DNA from: Octopus sinensis
Taxonomy: Eukaryota
DNA: 64,000 nt
Direction: 5' to 3'
NCBI RefSeq assembly: GCF_006345805.1
Contig: NC_042998.1
Location: 46,376,001 to 46,440,000, forward strand
The notes beneath the pieces were generated by a model that did not search any database, was not told the origin of the DNA, and worked only from the letters and a program-made list of their open reading frames with translations. The position numbers and the translations under genes were made by a program. How positions within the stretch are numbered: the first letter of the stretch is position 1; each line of letters starts with the position of its first letter. This document shows positions 63,038 through 64,000 of this stretch, in pieces.

Positions 63038-63459
63038 GCAAACTATTGCAAGAATTTTTGGAGGAAGTTTACAAAGGTGGCTTCTGGAATTCGAGCAAAA
63101 TATATATATCTAAAGTGGTTGACCTATCTAACATATGCTACTTTTTGAAAAATGCTTAGAAAGAAAACAGACAACATTTTTAATTATTTAAAAAAATATA
63201 AATACCGTATTTTCTAGCATATAAGTTAAATTTTTCAGACCAAAACATACAGTCAAAAAATGTATGTCGAATTTGGGGGACCAAAAGTTTCATGTAAAAG
63301 GCAGCAGAGTTAGGAAAGATAATGACGATGTTTGAATGTTTACATTACGTGTTTATATTATATGCTATGTTGACTTGTATGCTAGAAAATATGGTAAAAG
63401 GTAGAGTCTTGTTTTAAAAGTTTCAGTTTTTGAAACTGATTTCTAAATTCTTTTTCCAG

Positions 63460-63597
63460 TTAGTAAAAGAAGCAGCTGCAGACTGGGTGTTTATGCATTG
63501 TCTTCCACGACACAAAGAAGAGGTCTCTGATAGTGTATTCTATGGGAAGAATTCTGTTGTCTGGCAAGAAGCTGAGAACCGAAAGTGGACTGTTATG
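63460..63597 (+). CDS. OTC: OTC coding exon 9 ([46 protein letters not shown])
   Basis: 138 bp, tttttccag| and ATG|gtatgg; HCLP and EAENR motifs. The final exon must lie beyond 64000. Confidence 0.97.
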
Positions 63598-63757
63598 GTA
63601 TGGCTCACCTATACATAATCTCTGTCTGTCTGTCTCGCCCTCTGTTTCTCTCTTCTTCCTTTCTCTTTCATTATTTCTCTTGCACTGTGCCTATTTTGGA
63701 GTTTATTGTGATGTAATAGACTTGAAAATAATGTACAAGATGTCACATGTACATATA

Positions 63758-64000
63758 TGTCTAACACCCGTGGACATGTTTACAAAGTCAGAAAACAGCA
63801 CAACTCCCATGACTTTCGGAAACATTTTTTCATGCTAAGAGTTGCTGAAGTATGGAACAAACTGCTGGCATCAGTTGTCAGTTGTCGGAGCACTGCATCC
63901 TTCAAAACTTCCATGCTTCCTGTGATTCGTCAACACTACACCTGATTTTCTCCCCTCCATACACACACAAGCATGTATCTGACTCATACACTGTTCACTT
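63758..64000 (+). mobile_element. CR1/L2-like LINE 3' end, inverted relative to 52201-52541
   Basis: SNTRGHVYKVRKQ...FFMLRVAEVWNKL; runs off the window end. Confidence 0.82.

Overview
AT-rich, microsatellite- and transposon-dense animal genomic DNA. The repeat landscape and SINE families suggest an octopus or other coleoid cephalopod (inference). One host gene is clearly present: a mitochondrial ornithine carbamoyltransferase (OTC) on the + strand. I can trace nine coding exons from 33963 to 63597 (984 nt, 328 codons, all GT-AG, frames join without stops); the last exon lies beyond the window. Exons 3-9 have exactly the lengths of the human OTC exons. The rest is decayed mobile DNA: RLE-type (R4/Dong-like, CRE-like), RTE, CR1/L2 and Penelope-like retroelement fragments; Tc1/mariner, pogo/Tigger and piggyBac-type DNA elements; four SINE families; a ~200-bp satellite; a ~50-bp minisatellite; foldback elements; and a 100-N gap. 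The most interesting observations are: (1) two short dispersed repeat families carrying type I hammerhead ribozyme motifs, with near-intact sense copies inside OTC introns 6 and 7; (2) a candidate 70-nt intron upstream of the OTC start that would splice a 61-aa in-frame extension onto the transit peptide; (3) a young inverted LINE-tail pair bracketing OTC exons 6-9, a frame-preserving 465-nt circRNA candidate; (4) a foldback family with a (CCCTAA)n core and a 6-bp TSD. Everything was read by eye, so repeat boundaries are approximate.
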